Shown here: positions 48,327 through 58,683 of the stretch, piece after piece | Position numbering within the stretch: position 1 is the stretch's first letter | Layout: every line of letters starts with the position of its first letter | Position numbers and translations under genes: made by a program | Origin: a virus | Direction: 5' to 3' (one strand) | Virus record (IMG/VR): IMGVR_UViG_3300043464_001711 | Location: 1 to 64,000 of that record | DNA length: 64,000 nt | The notes under the pieces: model-generated | What the model was told of the DNA's origin: nothing | Databases searched by the model: none | What the model saw: only the letters and a program-made list of their open reading frames with translations

Positions 48327-51311
48327 ATGGCAATTAGAAACACAAGACTTATATTAAAAAATTCTGATATTGTTAATAGGCCACTACCCTCTAGTTTATT
48401 AAAGGGTGAGGCTATTGTTAACACTGCTGATGGTATAGTATTATTTTCGGGAGTTACTACATCTACGGCTGAATGGACACCGGCTGGAACAGGTACAACA
48501 GCTAATTTCTTTGAGGTTGGTTCTAACCTTTATGATTTAAAGATTAGAAATCAAATCACATCGTATAATAATTTAACAAATCTTTCTGGTAAATTTCTTT
48601 CTGGAACAACTAATGGTTTTGTTTTAGCTGATATAGCTGATATAGCTAACACATCTGATAGTTATGTTACTGGGGCAACATGGTCACCTAACACTTTAAC
48701 ATTAAAACATAACTTAAATAGACCAGATGTCACTGTAACCATTAATGACTTTAATAACGTTTCTTTATACGGTACAACAAATGTTAATGGTGATTTAACT
48801 GTCACTGGAACAACAACGTTAAATGGTCCAGCTTATTATAACAATACTGCATCAGTTTCAAATGAAATTGTTAATTATGGTTTATTAACAGCGTTTTCAC
48901 AAACAAACGATGTTTATGTAACAGGTAATACATTAACAGCGGCTAATGATAATACAGCAACACAATCAGCTCAATTAGAATATCATGGTGTCCCTGTTGG
49001 TGGACCTTATTTCATAACAACTGAAAACACATTCACAACAGGTGGTACATGGAACTCAGGTTCAACCTCAATTGATTTCACAAGAAACGATGGGGTTACT
49101 TATAGCGTTAATTTATCTAACATTGATGTTAATGATACTTACGTGACAGGTGGTACGGTAACTTCATTAGGTGATTTAGATTTATTTAGAAATGATGGTG
49201 TAACTGTAACAGTACCAAAAGTTACCTATTGGACATCAGGTTCTACAGGTAGTTTTTCAATTAAAGCTATTAATGGTTCTGGTCTTGATTCCACAGGAGA
49301 TAGATCGGTATCGTGGGGTAATCAAACGTTAGCTTCAGGTCAAGACTCAACGGCTTGGGGTGTTCAGACATCAGCGACAACTTTAGGAAGTACCGCTAGT
49401 GGTTATCAAACATTAGCAAGTGGAAATTATTCACACGCAGAAGGTTATACTACAACAGCATCTGGTTCATTTTCACACGCAGAAGGTGCTACTACAACAG
49501 CTAGTGGGAATGGTTCACACGCTGAAGGTCAAAATACAACCGCATCTGGAGATTATTCACACGCCGAAGGTGGTACTACAATAGCCTCCGGTTCATATTC
49601 ACACGCTGAAGGTGCTACTACAACAGCTAGTGGTGATGCTTCACATGCTGAGGGTGGTGGTACATTGGCTAGTGCTATTGCTTCACATGCCGAAGGTTTA
49701 GAAACAACAGCTAGTGGTTATGCATCACATTCTGAAGGTTATCAAACAACAGCTAGTGGCATTTATTGTCACGCTGAAGGTTGGTTGACCTCAGCAACGA
49801 CTGTTGGTTCTCACGCTGAAGGTTATATAACTTTAGCTAATGGTGATGGTTCTCACGCTGAAGGTGGTCAAACAATTGCTTCTGGTCAATACTCACACGC
49901 TGAAGGTCAATTAACTTTGTCCGTTGGTAATTACTCACACGCTGAAGGTGGTAGTACAACTTCTTCTGGTGGTTACTCACATGCTGAAGGTTATGGAACA
50001 TCAGCAACAACAACAGGTTCCCATGCTGAAGGTTATCAAACATTAACTAGTGGTGATTATTCTCACGCAGAAGGACATCAGACAACGGCTTTAAGTAATT
50101 ATTCTCACGCAGAAGGTTATTTAACAACAGCTTCAAATATAGGAGCACATGCTGAAGGTAGAAATACAACAGCCAGTGGATTGTATTCTCACGCTGAGGG
50201 TGCTAATACACTAACAAATGTGTATGGATCACACGCTGAAGGTTTTAGTACAACAACAAATGGATTGTATTCTCACGCAGAAGGTAGTAACACAACAGCT
50301 AATGGTTCTTTTTCACATTCACAAGGTTCTGGAACAACTGCTTCAGGAATAGCTTCTTTCGCTTCAGGTGTTAAATCTATAGCACAAAGTGATTATTCAT
50401 TCATACATTCAGAAAATTCAGTAGTTAATGGACAAAGAAGTGTTGTGTTAGGGGGTCAAAATATTACAGGATCAACAAACGATACGGTTTATGTTCCTTA
50501 CTTGAATTTAAACCTTACACCAACACTTAATAACTCAAATACAGAAATATTAAGTAGAAACACAGGAACAGGTCAAGTTGAATATACTCCGTTAAGTGCT
50601 TTCACATCACTCGACACATTTGTAACAGGTTTCACTTACAACCCTAATAATAACACATTTACAATTTCTCAAAACCAAGGTCAACCTAATTTAACAGCAT
50701 CAATTGATACAGTATCAGGATTAACTATTTCAAACTTAACAGCTGGTAGAGTTGTTTATGTTGGGTCAGGTGGTTTATTAACAGATGAGGCTGGATTTGA
50801 ATATAATGATGGTACAAACTTATTAACAGTTGGTAATATCAATGTTACAAACGCATCAGGAACAACAGCTACAATAGGACAAGGTGGATTAGTAATTGGT
50901 TCAGGTGGTTCTTTTTCGGTACCTGGTGTTGGTAGTTTAACAGTTCACGGTGATTTAACTGTTTTTGGTGATACTACAACAATATCTACTAGTGAACTTT
51001 ACGTTGAGGACCCACAAATCACTTTGAACTATAACCCAACCGGTAATACTTCAATAACTTCAATAGCTTCAGGTTTAAGAATCCAAGATGGTGACGGTTT
51101 AGGGAACGATGTTCTTTATACTGTAGCACAAATGAACACCTTTACAGGTGGTTCAGTAGCAGAATACACAGGAGCCGACGGATACACGAATAGAGCTTTC
51201 TTAACTCAATTAAATGATATTGTTATTAGAAATACAAATAGTAACAATGGAGCACCTGACGGAGTAAGAGTACTGGCCGAATTTGATACGTTAGATGGGG
51301 GATCTTATTAA
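48327..51311 (+). CDS. Tail fibre with YadA-head-like SHAEG repeats
   Basis: N-terminal P.SL.KGE...N..D; ~21 14-aa repeats; C-terminal LYVEDPQITLN. Confidence 0.85.
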   Translation: MAIRNTRLILKNSDIVNRPLPSSLLKGEAIVNTADGIVLFSGVTTSTAEWTPAGTGTTANFFEVGSNLYDLKIRNQITSYNNLTNLSGKFLSGTTNGFVLADIADIANTSDSYVTGATWSPNTLTLKHNLNRPDVTVTINDFNNVSLYGTTNVNGDLTVTGTTTLNGPAYYNNTASVSNEIVNYGLLTAFSQTNDVYVTGNTLTAANDNTATQSAQLEYHGVPVGGPYFITTENTFTTGGTWNSGSTSIDFTRNDGVTYSVNLSNIDVNDTYVTGGTVTSLGDLDLFRNDGVTVTVPKVTYWTSGSTGSFSIKAINGSGLDSTGDRSVSWGNQTLASGQDSTAWGVQTSATTLGSTASGYQTLASGNYSHAEGYTTTASGSFSHAEGATTTASGNGSHAEGQNTTASGDYSHAEGGTTIASGSYSHAEGATTTASGDASHAEGGGTLASAIASHAEGLETTASGYASHSEGYQTTASGIYCHAEGWLTSATTVGSHAEGYITLANGDGSHAEGGQTIASGQYSHAEGQLTLSVGNYSHAEGGSTTSSGGYSHAEGYGTSATTTGSHAEGYQTLTSGDYSHAEGHQTTALSNYSHAEGYLTTASNIGAHAEGRNTTASGLYSHAEGANTLTNVYGSHAEGFSTTTNGLYSHAEGSNTTANGSFSHSQGSGTTASGIASFASGVKSIAQSDYSFIHSENSVVNGQRSVVLGGQNITGSTNDTVYVPYLNLNLTPTLNNSNTEILSRNTGTGQVEYTPLSAFTSLDTFVTGFTYNPNNNTFTISQNQGQPNLTASIDTVSGLTISNLTAGRVVYVGSGGLLTDEAGFEYNDGTNLLTVGNINVTNASGTTATIGQGGLVIGSGGSFSVPGVGSLTVHGDLTVFGDTTTISTSELYVEDPQITLNYNPTGNTSITSIASGLRIQDGDGLGNDVLYTVAQMNTFTGGSVAEYTGADGYTNRAFLTQLNDIVIRNTNSNNGAPDGVRVLAEFDTLDGGSY
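49431..50327 (+). repeat. 42-bp coding tandem repeat (tcacacgctgaaggt core)
   Basis: About 21-22 copies encoding SHAEG. Confidence 0.9.
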
Positions 51312-51335
51312 GAGTTTAAAACTAAAATAAAAATT

Positions 51336-51361
51336 AAAGGAGGGGAAACCCTCCTTTTTTT
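51336..51361 (+). terminator. Intrinsic terminator
   Basis: AAAGGAGGG-GAAA-CCCTCCTTT followed by T. Confidence 0.9.
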
Positions 51362-51400
51362 GTTATTCACATTTTTGTATTTGTAAATATTTTTAGGTTT

Positions 51401-52216
51401 ATGGTACAAAAAATATTCTTTCAAAGCTCACTGCCTAGAGCAGGTTCAACTTTATTACAAAATATAATAGGTCAAAATCCCGAATTTTATGTCACACCCA
51501 CTTCTGGTGTTTTAGAATTACTTTATGCGTCAAGAAGTAATTATACAAATTCACCAGAATTTAAAGCTCAAGATACCCAATTAATGAGTCAAGGTTTTAC
51601 CTCTTATTGTAGAAGTGGTTTAGAAGGTTTTTTTAATGGTATAACAGATAAACCTTATGTCCTAGATAAAAGTCGTGGGTGGGGGATTCATTACCATTTT
51701 TTAAACTCTTTCTATCCTGACCCAAAAGTCATTTGTATGGTTAGGGATTTAAGAGGAGTATTTTCCTCAATGGAAAAAAATTTTAGAAAAAATCAAGATA
51801 AAGATTCAGGAATTGTTAATCATTCACAAATGAAAGGTACAACCACAGAAAAAAGAGTAGACATTTGGGCAAACACACAGCCCGTAGGTCTTGCAATAGA
51901 AAGAATCTACCAAATGATTAGAGAAGGTATTGATCAAAAAATACTTTTTATAAAATTTGAGTATTTCTGTTCAAACCCAAAACAAGAAATGGTAAAAATA
52001 TATGATTTTTTAGAATTACCTTATTATGATCACGATTTTAACAATGTAGAACAAATAACACAAGAAGATGATTCTGTTTATGGTATTTATGGTGATCATA
52101 CGATAAAAAAAGAAATTAAACCATTAAAGGATGATTATAAAGAAGTATTAGGTCCGGGTATTTGTAATGGTATTAAAGAAAAATATAAATGGTATTACGA
52201 ATTTTTTAATTACTAA
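51401..52216 (+). CDS. PAPS-dependent sulfotransferase
   Basis: SLPRAGSTLL (5'-PSB loop), DKSR, MVRD..GVFSS (3'-PB). Confidence 0.9.
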   Translation: MVQKIFFQSSLPRAGSTLLQNIIGQNPEFYVTPTSGVLELLYASRSNYTNSPEFKAQDTQLMSQGFTSYCRSGLEGFFNGITDKPYVLDKSRGWGIHYHFLNSFYPDPKVICMVRDLRGVFSSMEKNFRKNQDKDSGIVNHSQMKGTTTEKRVDIWANTQPVGLAIERIYQMIREGIDQKILFIKFEYFCSNPKQEMVKIYDFLELPYYDHDFNNVEQITQEDDSVYGIYGDHTIKKEIKPLKDDYKEVLGPGICNGIKEKYKWYYEFFNY

Positions 52217-52288
52217 TACTATTTATTATTTAAAGGTTCATATAACCATAAATAACACCTTAAATAAGGTTACATAATAGTCATAAAT

Positions 52289-55200
52289 ATGGCAAAAAGA
52301 CAAAATACATTCCTTTTAAAAAGGTCTAATGTACCTGGAAAAATACCATCTCCCGGTGATTTACAATTAGGTGAATTAGCATTAAATACGGCAGATGTTA
52401 TTTTATATGCATCAGGAACAACATCCAATCAAATATTACCAATCGGATGGGACAGGTTATCAATCTTATCAGGTGGTACTGTCAATGGTAATGTTAATAT
52501 AAATGGATCAATTTCAGCAACAACATATTTAAATTTACCTTCATTTTCTGGTGATTATTTACCATTAAGTGGTGGTACAGTTTATGGTGAAACATTTTTT
52601 ACAAGTGGGATAACTTCCAATGCCATATATACTGATTATATTGACTTTAATACAAACCCAATAGTTCCATTAGTGACAGGTGGAACATTATATTTTGATT
52701 CAAATGAAAATGCGTTATCATATAAACCAATAACAAATCAAAATGATGTTACGGTTAACTTGGGTCAAGAAAGTTTAATTAGGATTTATAATGATTTACC
52801 AACAACAATACTTAACGGACAGGTTTTACATATAACTGGTGCAACTAGTGGGGTACCTACAGTTGCATTAGCTAACGCATCAAAATTAGGGACATCATTT
52901 TTAAATAGTTTAGCCCAAAGTTCTGGTGTTGCGACTCATGACATACCAAGTGGTGAATATGGTTTTATGACCAATTTTGGTATTGTTAGAGATTTAAATA
53001 CGAGTGCGTTTACTGTGGGTCAAGAAGTATTTTTATCTGATACAATTGATGGTGGTTTAACTAATGACCCTGACTCTATTGAATTCTCGTCAAGGATATC
53101 AACTGTTGGTTATTGTTTGGAGTCACATCCAACAACAGGTAAAATTTTAGTGGTAATATCTAATGAAAACTCACTACAAAGTTTAACACAACAAGAAATA
53201 AATGTATTACTAGGGAATGTCATTTCGACAGGTGTATATGATTATACGGGAATGACTAAGGCCTCTTCAACAACAGTAAATGTTGCTCCAATGAGAGGGT
53301 GGATTGTTTTTAATACGGATGAAAGGGCGACTGATCCATTAGTATTAAATGTCTATTATAGTGGTGGAACAAATATTCCTGTAACAAACATTAACTCATC
53401 TTTAGATACTTACTTTTTGGTAAATAGTGGTGGAACTTTATTCCAGCAAACAACTTTTCCAACACCAGTAGAAAGAAGAGATAATATATTTTTAGGTAGA
53501 GCAGTTCACCCAAATAAAACTGATATACTTAACGTAGAACAAAGTGTTGATTATGATGTATCCCCATTATCATCATTAAGGGATTTATGGACACCAATTA
53601 GATTAATTAATCAAGGTGTTATTATTTCAAATAATGGTGCTAATTTAACATTTAAAACCTCATCAGGTACTTTTTGGGGTAATGGTATTGGTTGGGACAC
53701 AAATCAAAAAAATCCTAACTCAATAACAGTTCCAGCTCAAATACCTGCAGTATTTTATTATACAACACAAACAGGTGGAACATTCACAACAACGGCATCA
53801 ACTATAGATACCACAAGTTATGACGTTAATGGTATAATAACACCAATACCGGGGTCTGGTAACTATTCAACTCAAAGAATTTATATGTCCCAAAGTGGTG
53901 TTATAAGAATACAATACGGACAAGTGGTTTATCCAACTTTAGCAAAGGCTATTGCTGCACTACCAAGTGAACTTTTTGTTGAAAACGCGGATAATGCGAT
54001 AGATTGTATTTTAATTGGTACATTAACTGTGAAAGATGGTGCTGGTGATTTAAGTAATACTGATGATGCGGTATTTTCACTTGTTTCTAAATTTGGTGAA
54101 GTTCTTGGTGGTACTGCCGGTATATCAACAACAACATTACAACAAGCATATAATAATTCAGTTAATCCTGAAATCACAACAAACACCACTTTAGGTAGTG
54201 TTCAGTTTAGAGGTGGGACCGGAAGTAACACAGATAAAAATATATCAATTGAAAATAATTCTGGTATAGAAACAGCATTTATTAGAGCAGATGGTTATGG
54301 TAAATTTACAACTTTATCAGCAACAACAATTGGTGCTTCAGGAAACTGTGTGACTGATTTATATATATCAAATATACGTTCTTGTTCACCATTAAACGTC
54401 CAACCAAATAATGAGGGTAATGTTTATTTTGGGTCTACAAGTGCGGTTACCATTGATTTAGCAAATAATAGATTAGGGGTTGGGATTGCAAATCCAACAG
54501 CAAAACTACACGTTAACAATACAGGTTCTGGTAACTCATTCTTAGTAGAAGATGATACGAATCCAGATTCAACACCATTTGTAATTGATTCTATAGGACG
54601 TGTTGGTATTGGTACAACAAACCCAGGTGAAAAAGTATCCATAGTAGATGGTAGTCAATTTATATGGGGGTCAGGTAATACTAATACCGGTTTAAGATTA
54701 CAATATGGGTTAGGTACATCTTTTTGGGTTAATACTCCTTCTGGTGGTACTATGTCAATAGGAGGTATTGGAACGTCTGCACCATCATCTGGTGTAATAA
54801 ATATCACTAGTACAGGTAACGTTGGTATCGGTATACCTACCCCAACCGAAAAATTACATGTCGCTGGTAACGCTTTAATAACAGGAACAACATTCACAGG
54901 AAACTTAATAGTTACTGGTGGAACTGGTATTAACTGGATAAGTGGATCAACTTCCACTGATATTTTAAGAATTACACAAACAGGTAATGGTAACGCTCTT
55001 GTTGTGGAGGATTCAACAAATCCTGACTCATCACCGTTTGTAGTAGATGCCGCTGGTAATGTTGCTGTAGGTTCTGGTTCTGCATCTAACAAATTTATTG
55101 TTAGTAACGGTACAAATGATGTGTTCACAGTTAATACTGTTAATAGTACAGTATGGGCAAGGGGTGCTGGAAATGTATCTTCTAATACTTCTTTTGGAGA

Positions 55201-55843
55201 GAATGCACTGGATTCAAATACAACAGGAACAAGTAACACCGCTTTTGGTCAGAATGCATTAACAACTGTAACAACTGGGTCTAATAATAGTGCATTCGGA
55301 AGGGCGGCATTACAATCCTCAAATGGCAATGAGAACGGTGGCTTTGGAATATCATCTTTAATTTTTCTTTCATCTGGCAATAGTAATGTTGGTTTAGGTT
55401 TTCAATCTGGAATTTACATTACTGATGGTGTGACACAATTAACAAACGCAGGTTCTTCTATTTTTATAGGCGCAAACACTAAAGCACTAGACAATAACCA
55501 AACTAATCAAATAGTAATTGGTCACAACACTACAGGTAACGGATCAAATTCAGTGACACTTGGTAATGATTCAATCACAAAAACAATCCTACAAGGTAAC
55601 GTTGGGATTAACACAACAACACCATCAGAAAAATTACAAGTATCTGGTAATACAATAGTATCAGGAACAATAAGTGGTGGGACTATGGTGATAACAACAC
55701 AACCAACAAGTGGTTACACATCAACACAAATATTGATGAGAAACTCTACTTCAGGGGAAGTTGAAATAACTGATAGCACTTCTCCATCAATATATAACTA
55801 CGGTATGACATATGTAATGTCAACATTTAACTATTTAACATAA
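52289..55843 (+). CDS. Long tail fibre
   Basis: KRSNVPGKIP...GELALN N-terminus; GNVGIGTTxP repeats; NTAFGxNAL repeats. Confidence 0.85.
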   Translation: MAKRQNTFLLKRSNVPGKIPSPGDLQLGELALNTADVILYASGTTSNQILPIGWDRLSILSGGTVNGNVNINGSISATTYLNLPSFSGDYLPLSGGTVYGETFFTSGITSNAIYTDYIDFNTNPIVPLVTGGTLYFDSNENALSYKPITNQNDVTVNLGQESLIRIYNDLPTTILNGQVLHITGATSGVPTVALANASKLGTSFLNSLAQSSGVATHDIPSGEYGFMTNFGIVRDLNTSAFTVGQEVFLSDTIDGGLTNDPDSIEFSSRISTVGYCLESHPTTGKILVVISNENSLQSLTQQEINVLLGNVISTGVYDYTGMTKASSTTVNVAPMRGWIVFNTDERATDPLVLNVYYSGGTNIPVTNINSSLDTYFLVNSGGTLFQQTTFPTPVERRDNIFLGRAVHPNKTDILNVEQSVDYDVSPLSSLRDLWTPIRLINQGVIISNNGANLTFKTSSGTFWGNGIGWDTNQKNPNSITVPAQIPAVFYYTTQTGGTFTTTASTIDTTSYDVNGIITPIPGSGNYSTQRIYMSQSGVIRIQYGQVVYPTLAKAIAALPSELFVENADNAIDCILIGTLTVKDGAGDLSNTDDAVFSLVSKFGEVLGGTAGISTTTLQQAYNNSVNPEITTNTTLGSVQFRGGTGSNTDKNISIENNSGIETAFIRADGYGKFTTLSATTIGASGNCVTDLYISNIRSCSPLNVQPNNEGNVYFGSTSAVTIDLANNRLGVGIANPTAKLHVNNTGSGNSFLVEDDTNPDSTPFVIDSIGRVGIGTTNPGEKVSIVDGSQFIWGSGNTNTGLRLQYGLGTSFWVNTPSGGTMSIGGIGTSAPSSGVINITSTGNVGIGIPTPTEKLHVAGNALITGTTFTGNLIVTGGTGINWISGSTSTDILRITQTGNGNALVVEDSTNPDSSPFVVDAAGNVAVGSGSASNKFIVSNGTNDVFTVNTVNSTVWARGAGNVSSNTSFGENALDSNTTGTSNTAFGQNALTTVTTGSNNSAFGRAALQSSNGNENGGFGISSLIFLSSGNSNVGLGFQSGIYITDGVTQLTNAGSSIFIGANTKALDNNQTNQIVIGHNTTGNGSNSVTLGNDSITKTILQGNVGINTTTPSEKLQVSGNTIVSGTISGGTMVITTQPTSGYTSTQILMRNSTSGEVEITDSTSPSIYNYGMTYVMSTFNYLT

Positions 55844-55868
55844 CAATAAATTTAATATATTTTAAAAA

Positions 55869-56294
55869 ATGCCAGCAAATAACCAACCAATTTTTACAAG
55901 GACACCGGATATTCAGTGGACGGTATCCGCAATGACTGTAGCTAACACAACTACAGATTTAACAGCAGGAACCATTTATTTGGCTTTCACAGCCGATGCA
56001 ACTAATGGTGGATATGTACAGAGAATACGTTTTAGAACTTTGGGGACTAATACAAATGCAACAGTTGCTCGTGTATGGGTTAATAATGGATTAACAACCG
56101 CAACTGCGGCAAATAACACATTAATAGATGAAATAACATTGCCAAATACAATAGTATCACAAGTTGCTGCACAGGCGAATTATGAACTACCATTAAACTT
56201 TGCGTTACCAGCGGGTTATAGAATTTATATAACATTAGGTACTGCACCTACATCTGCCGGATGGGAAGCGACAGTAATCGGAGGAAAATATTAA
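55869..56294 (+). CDS. Tail-fibre-associated protein
   Basis: Beta-sandwich-like sequence, gene context. Confidence 0.6.
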   Translation: MPANNQPIFTRTPDIQWTVSAMTVANTTTDLTAGTIYLAFTADATNGGYVQRIRFRTLGTNTNATVARVWVNNGLTTATAANNTLIDEITLPNTIVSQVAAQANYELPLNFALPAGYRIYITLGTAPTSAGWEATVIGGKY

Positions 56295-56298
56295 CGTT

Positions 56299-56478
56299 AT
56301 GAAATATAGTTTATGTGAGTTTGAATATGGATATGATGGTCAGTTTTATCAAGAAAGTGATCAAAATGGACTAGTTAGATTTATGGATTTAAATTGTAAC
56401 ACTTTGGAATTAATACCTCCATATGGGTATTATGTCGTTGACGATAGCATACCAACACCTGATTGTATAATAGATTAA
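56299..56478 (+). CDS. Small protein (59 aa, not in the ORF track), possible fibre chaperone
   Basis: MKYSLCEFEYGYDGQFYQE...PDCIID*; fills the gap. Confidence 0.6.
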   Translation: MKYSLCEFEYGYDGQFYQESDQNGLVRFMDLNCNTLELIPPYGYYVVDDSIPTPDCIID

Positions 56479-56483
56479 TATGT

Positions 56484-57419
56484 ATGATAGATTATTCAAA
56501 TATACCATCAATAACTAACCATCAAACTTTTTTTGCTTTAGGTTCAACTACTTGGCAAACTTGGCAAAAACCAAGAAACTGTAAGTTTGTTTATATTACA
56601 GTTATTGGAGGAGGGGGTGGGGGTGGTTCATCTTCAAATGTCGCCGGAAATGGTGGTGGAGGAGGTGGGGGTGGTTCATCCGCAATTACTAATATATTAA
56701 TACCTTCAGTATTACTACCAGATACCTTATACGTACAAGTTGGACTTGGAGGTGCTGGTGGTACATCTGGTGGTGATGGTGGTTTTGGTGGTCAATCTTT
56801 TGTTTCAATTAGCCCCTCAACGACCGCTATTGATGTTATTATTAGGACATCTACTACCGCAGCTCTTGGTGGTTTTGGGGGTGACTCTGGTGCTGGTGGT
56901 ATTGGTGGTAATGGGGGTACACCTTTTACTCAAACCGCTGGATTTTTATCATCACTTGGTATTTGGAATAGTAGAGTTGGTGATGCTGGTGCTACTGGTG
57001 GTTTTGGTTCTTCTGGTGCTGGAGGTTCTAAAACAGCTTTAGCTAATTTTCCACTTTGTGGAGGTGCTGGTGGGGGTGGAAAAACATCTACTACTAATTT
57101 TGCTGGTGGTTCTATATTGGCAGGTGGTGTTTTAGGTAGAGTTGCCGGAGGTACCGGTGGGGGTGGTGCTGCTAGTGCTGGTTCTAAAGGATTAATAACA
57201 ATAACCCCAAATTTATTAACTTATTCATCAACTGAATTTCCATTTGCAACAACAGGTGGTTCAGGTGGTGGAAGTAATGTTACCATTAGTGGTGGTGGTG
57301 GAAATGGAGGTGCTGGTGAAATAGGTTCTGGTGGCGGGGGTTCTGGAGCTATAGATGGTGGTACTGGTAGAGTTGGGGGTAGAGGTGGTGATGGAATTGT
57401 ATTTATAACAACATTTTAA
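56484..57419 (+). CDS. Glycine-rich adhesin-like tail protein, paralog 1 (start moved to 56484)
   Basis: WQTWQKPRNCKF.YIT.IGGGGGG...GGRGGDGIV. Confidence 0.8.
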   Translation: MIDYSNIPSITNHQTFFALGSTTWQTWQKPRNCKFVYITVIGGGGGGGSSSNVAGNGGGGGGGGSSAITNILIPSVLLPDTLYVQVGLGGAGGTSGGDGGFGGQSFVSISPSTTAIDVIIRTSTTAALGGFGGDSGAGGIGGNGGTPFTQTAGFLSSLGIWNSRVGDAGATGGFGSSGAGGSKTALANFPLCGGAGGGGKTSTTNFAGGSILAGGVLGRVAGGTGGGGAASAGSKGLITITPNLLTYSSTEFPFATTGGSGGGSNVTISGGGGNGGAGEIGSGGGGSGAIDGGTGRVGGRGGDGIVFITTF

Positions 57420-57431
57420 AATTTTTAATAT

Positions 57432-58394
57432 ATGATAGATGTTTTTAACATACCTAATATTGATACAAATGTACAAGTATTTTACACAAAAGGTTCAGGT
57501 GTTTGGCAAAATTGGGTGAAACCTAAAAACTGTAAATTTATAAACATTACCACGATAGGTGGTGGTTCTGGTGGAGGTGGTGGAAGAGGTTCCAACAGTA
57601 GTGCGGCCATCGGTGGTGGAGGTGGTGCGTCTTCATCGGTAACGACTGGTATTTTTCAGGCAAATTTATTGCCAGATACTTTATATATTCTTGTGGGTCC
57701 TGGTGGTACCGGTGGAACATCAGGTCCTGCAGGGTTTAGTGGTGGTACAGGTGGGGTGGGATCAATTTCATATGTATCAGTTTTACCATCAACCGCATCA
57801 ACATCAAATATTATTTTAGCAAGTGGTGCTGTAGCGGCCACTGGTGGTGCTGGTGGTGCAATAGGACCTGGTACTGCAAATGGAGGAACTGCTGGTACAA
57901 TATTTACGTCTACCAACGGTATTTTATCATCTTTAGGTATTGTAAATTCAATTGCAGGACAAAATGGTGCATTAGGTCGAAATATTACATTTGGTGATAA
58001 TATAGCGGTAATTAATATCGTAACTGGTGGAGCTGGTGGAGGAGGATCATCAAGTTCATTATCTTCTTATTCTGGAGGTTCAATTACTACTTCAGGATTT
58101 ATACCCCAACTTAATGGTGGTGCATTAGGTTTTGTTGCTAACGCTGGTGTTGGTAATTCCGGTTTTATTAGTTTGAATCCGTCATCTTTAACAACTTCAA
58201 GAACCCCATTTTTAACTACAGGCGGAGCTGGTGGTGGTGGAGCAACAAACAACGCTTCAGGTACATTCACAGGTGGAGACGGAGGTAATGGTGGATATGG
58301 TTCAGGTGGTGCCGGTGGTGGAGGTTCGTATAATGGTGCAGGAGGTACTGGAGGTCGTGGTGGTGACGGTATAGTTATTATCACTTGTTGGTAA
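57432..58394 (+). CDS. Glycine-rich adhesin-like tail protein, paralog 2
   Basis: WQNWVKPKNCKF...LPDTLY...GGRGGDGIV. Confidence 0.8.
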   Translation: MIDVFNIPNIDTNVQVFYTKGSGVWQNWVKPKNCKFINITTIGGGSGGGGGRGSNSSAAIGGGGGASSSVTTGIFQANLLPDTLYILVGPGGTGGTSGPAGFSGGTGGVGSISYVSVLPSTASTSNIILASGAVAATGGAGGAIGPGTANGGTAGTIFTSTNGILSSLGIVNSIAGQNGALGRNITFGDNIAVINIVTGGAGGGGSSSSLSSYSGGSITTSGFIPQLNGGALGFVANAGVGNSGFISLNPSSLTTSRTPFLTTGGAGGGGATNNASGTFTGGDGGNGGYGSGGAGGGGSYNGAGGTGGRGGDGIVIITCW

Positions 58395-58544
58395 TTATTC
58401 TCCGTAAATATCTACTTTAGTTTTACAAGCATCCTTAATTAATTTCTCAACAAAAGCAAACATTTTAAGACCGTTATTTTCACAATACTCTTTTAATAGT
58501 TTATGTGTTTGTGGTGTTATTTTTAAATTTTTGTCCCTTTTCAT
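58395..58544 (-). CDS. Ribbon-helix-helix-like DNA-binding protein (49 aa, not in the ORF track)
   Basis: MKRDKNLKITPQTHKLLKEYCENNGLKMFAFVEKLIKDAC. Confidence 0.7.
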   Translation of the reverse strand: MKRDKNLKITPQTHKLLKEYCENNGLKMFAFVEKLIKDACKTKVDIYGE

Positions 58545-58683
58545 GGTTTTTTAACTATAAATATGATAAAAATCATATTTGTGTCATACTATTTTTTGTT
58601 GTAGAATAACAAAAAAAATCTTTTGATAATTTCAACAATATTTATTTATAAAATAACGAAATAAAAAAAATAAAAAATTAAAA

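Noticed and set aside
49431-50327. CRISPR-like 42-bp periodicity
   Set aside because: Wobble-position variation shows these are protein repeats (SHAEG)
53929-58384. Antisense and alternative-frame ORFs over the fibre and Gly-rich genes (similar shadows at 706, 2200, 3196, 61119)
   Set aside because: Shadow ORFs produced by the codon bias of the real genes
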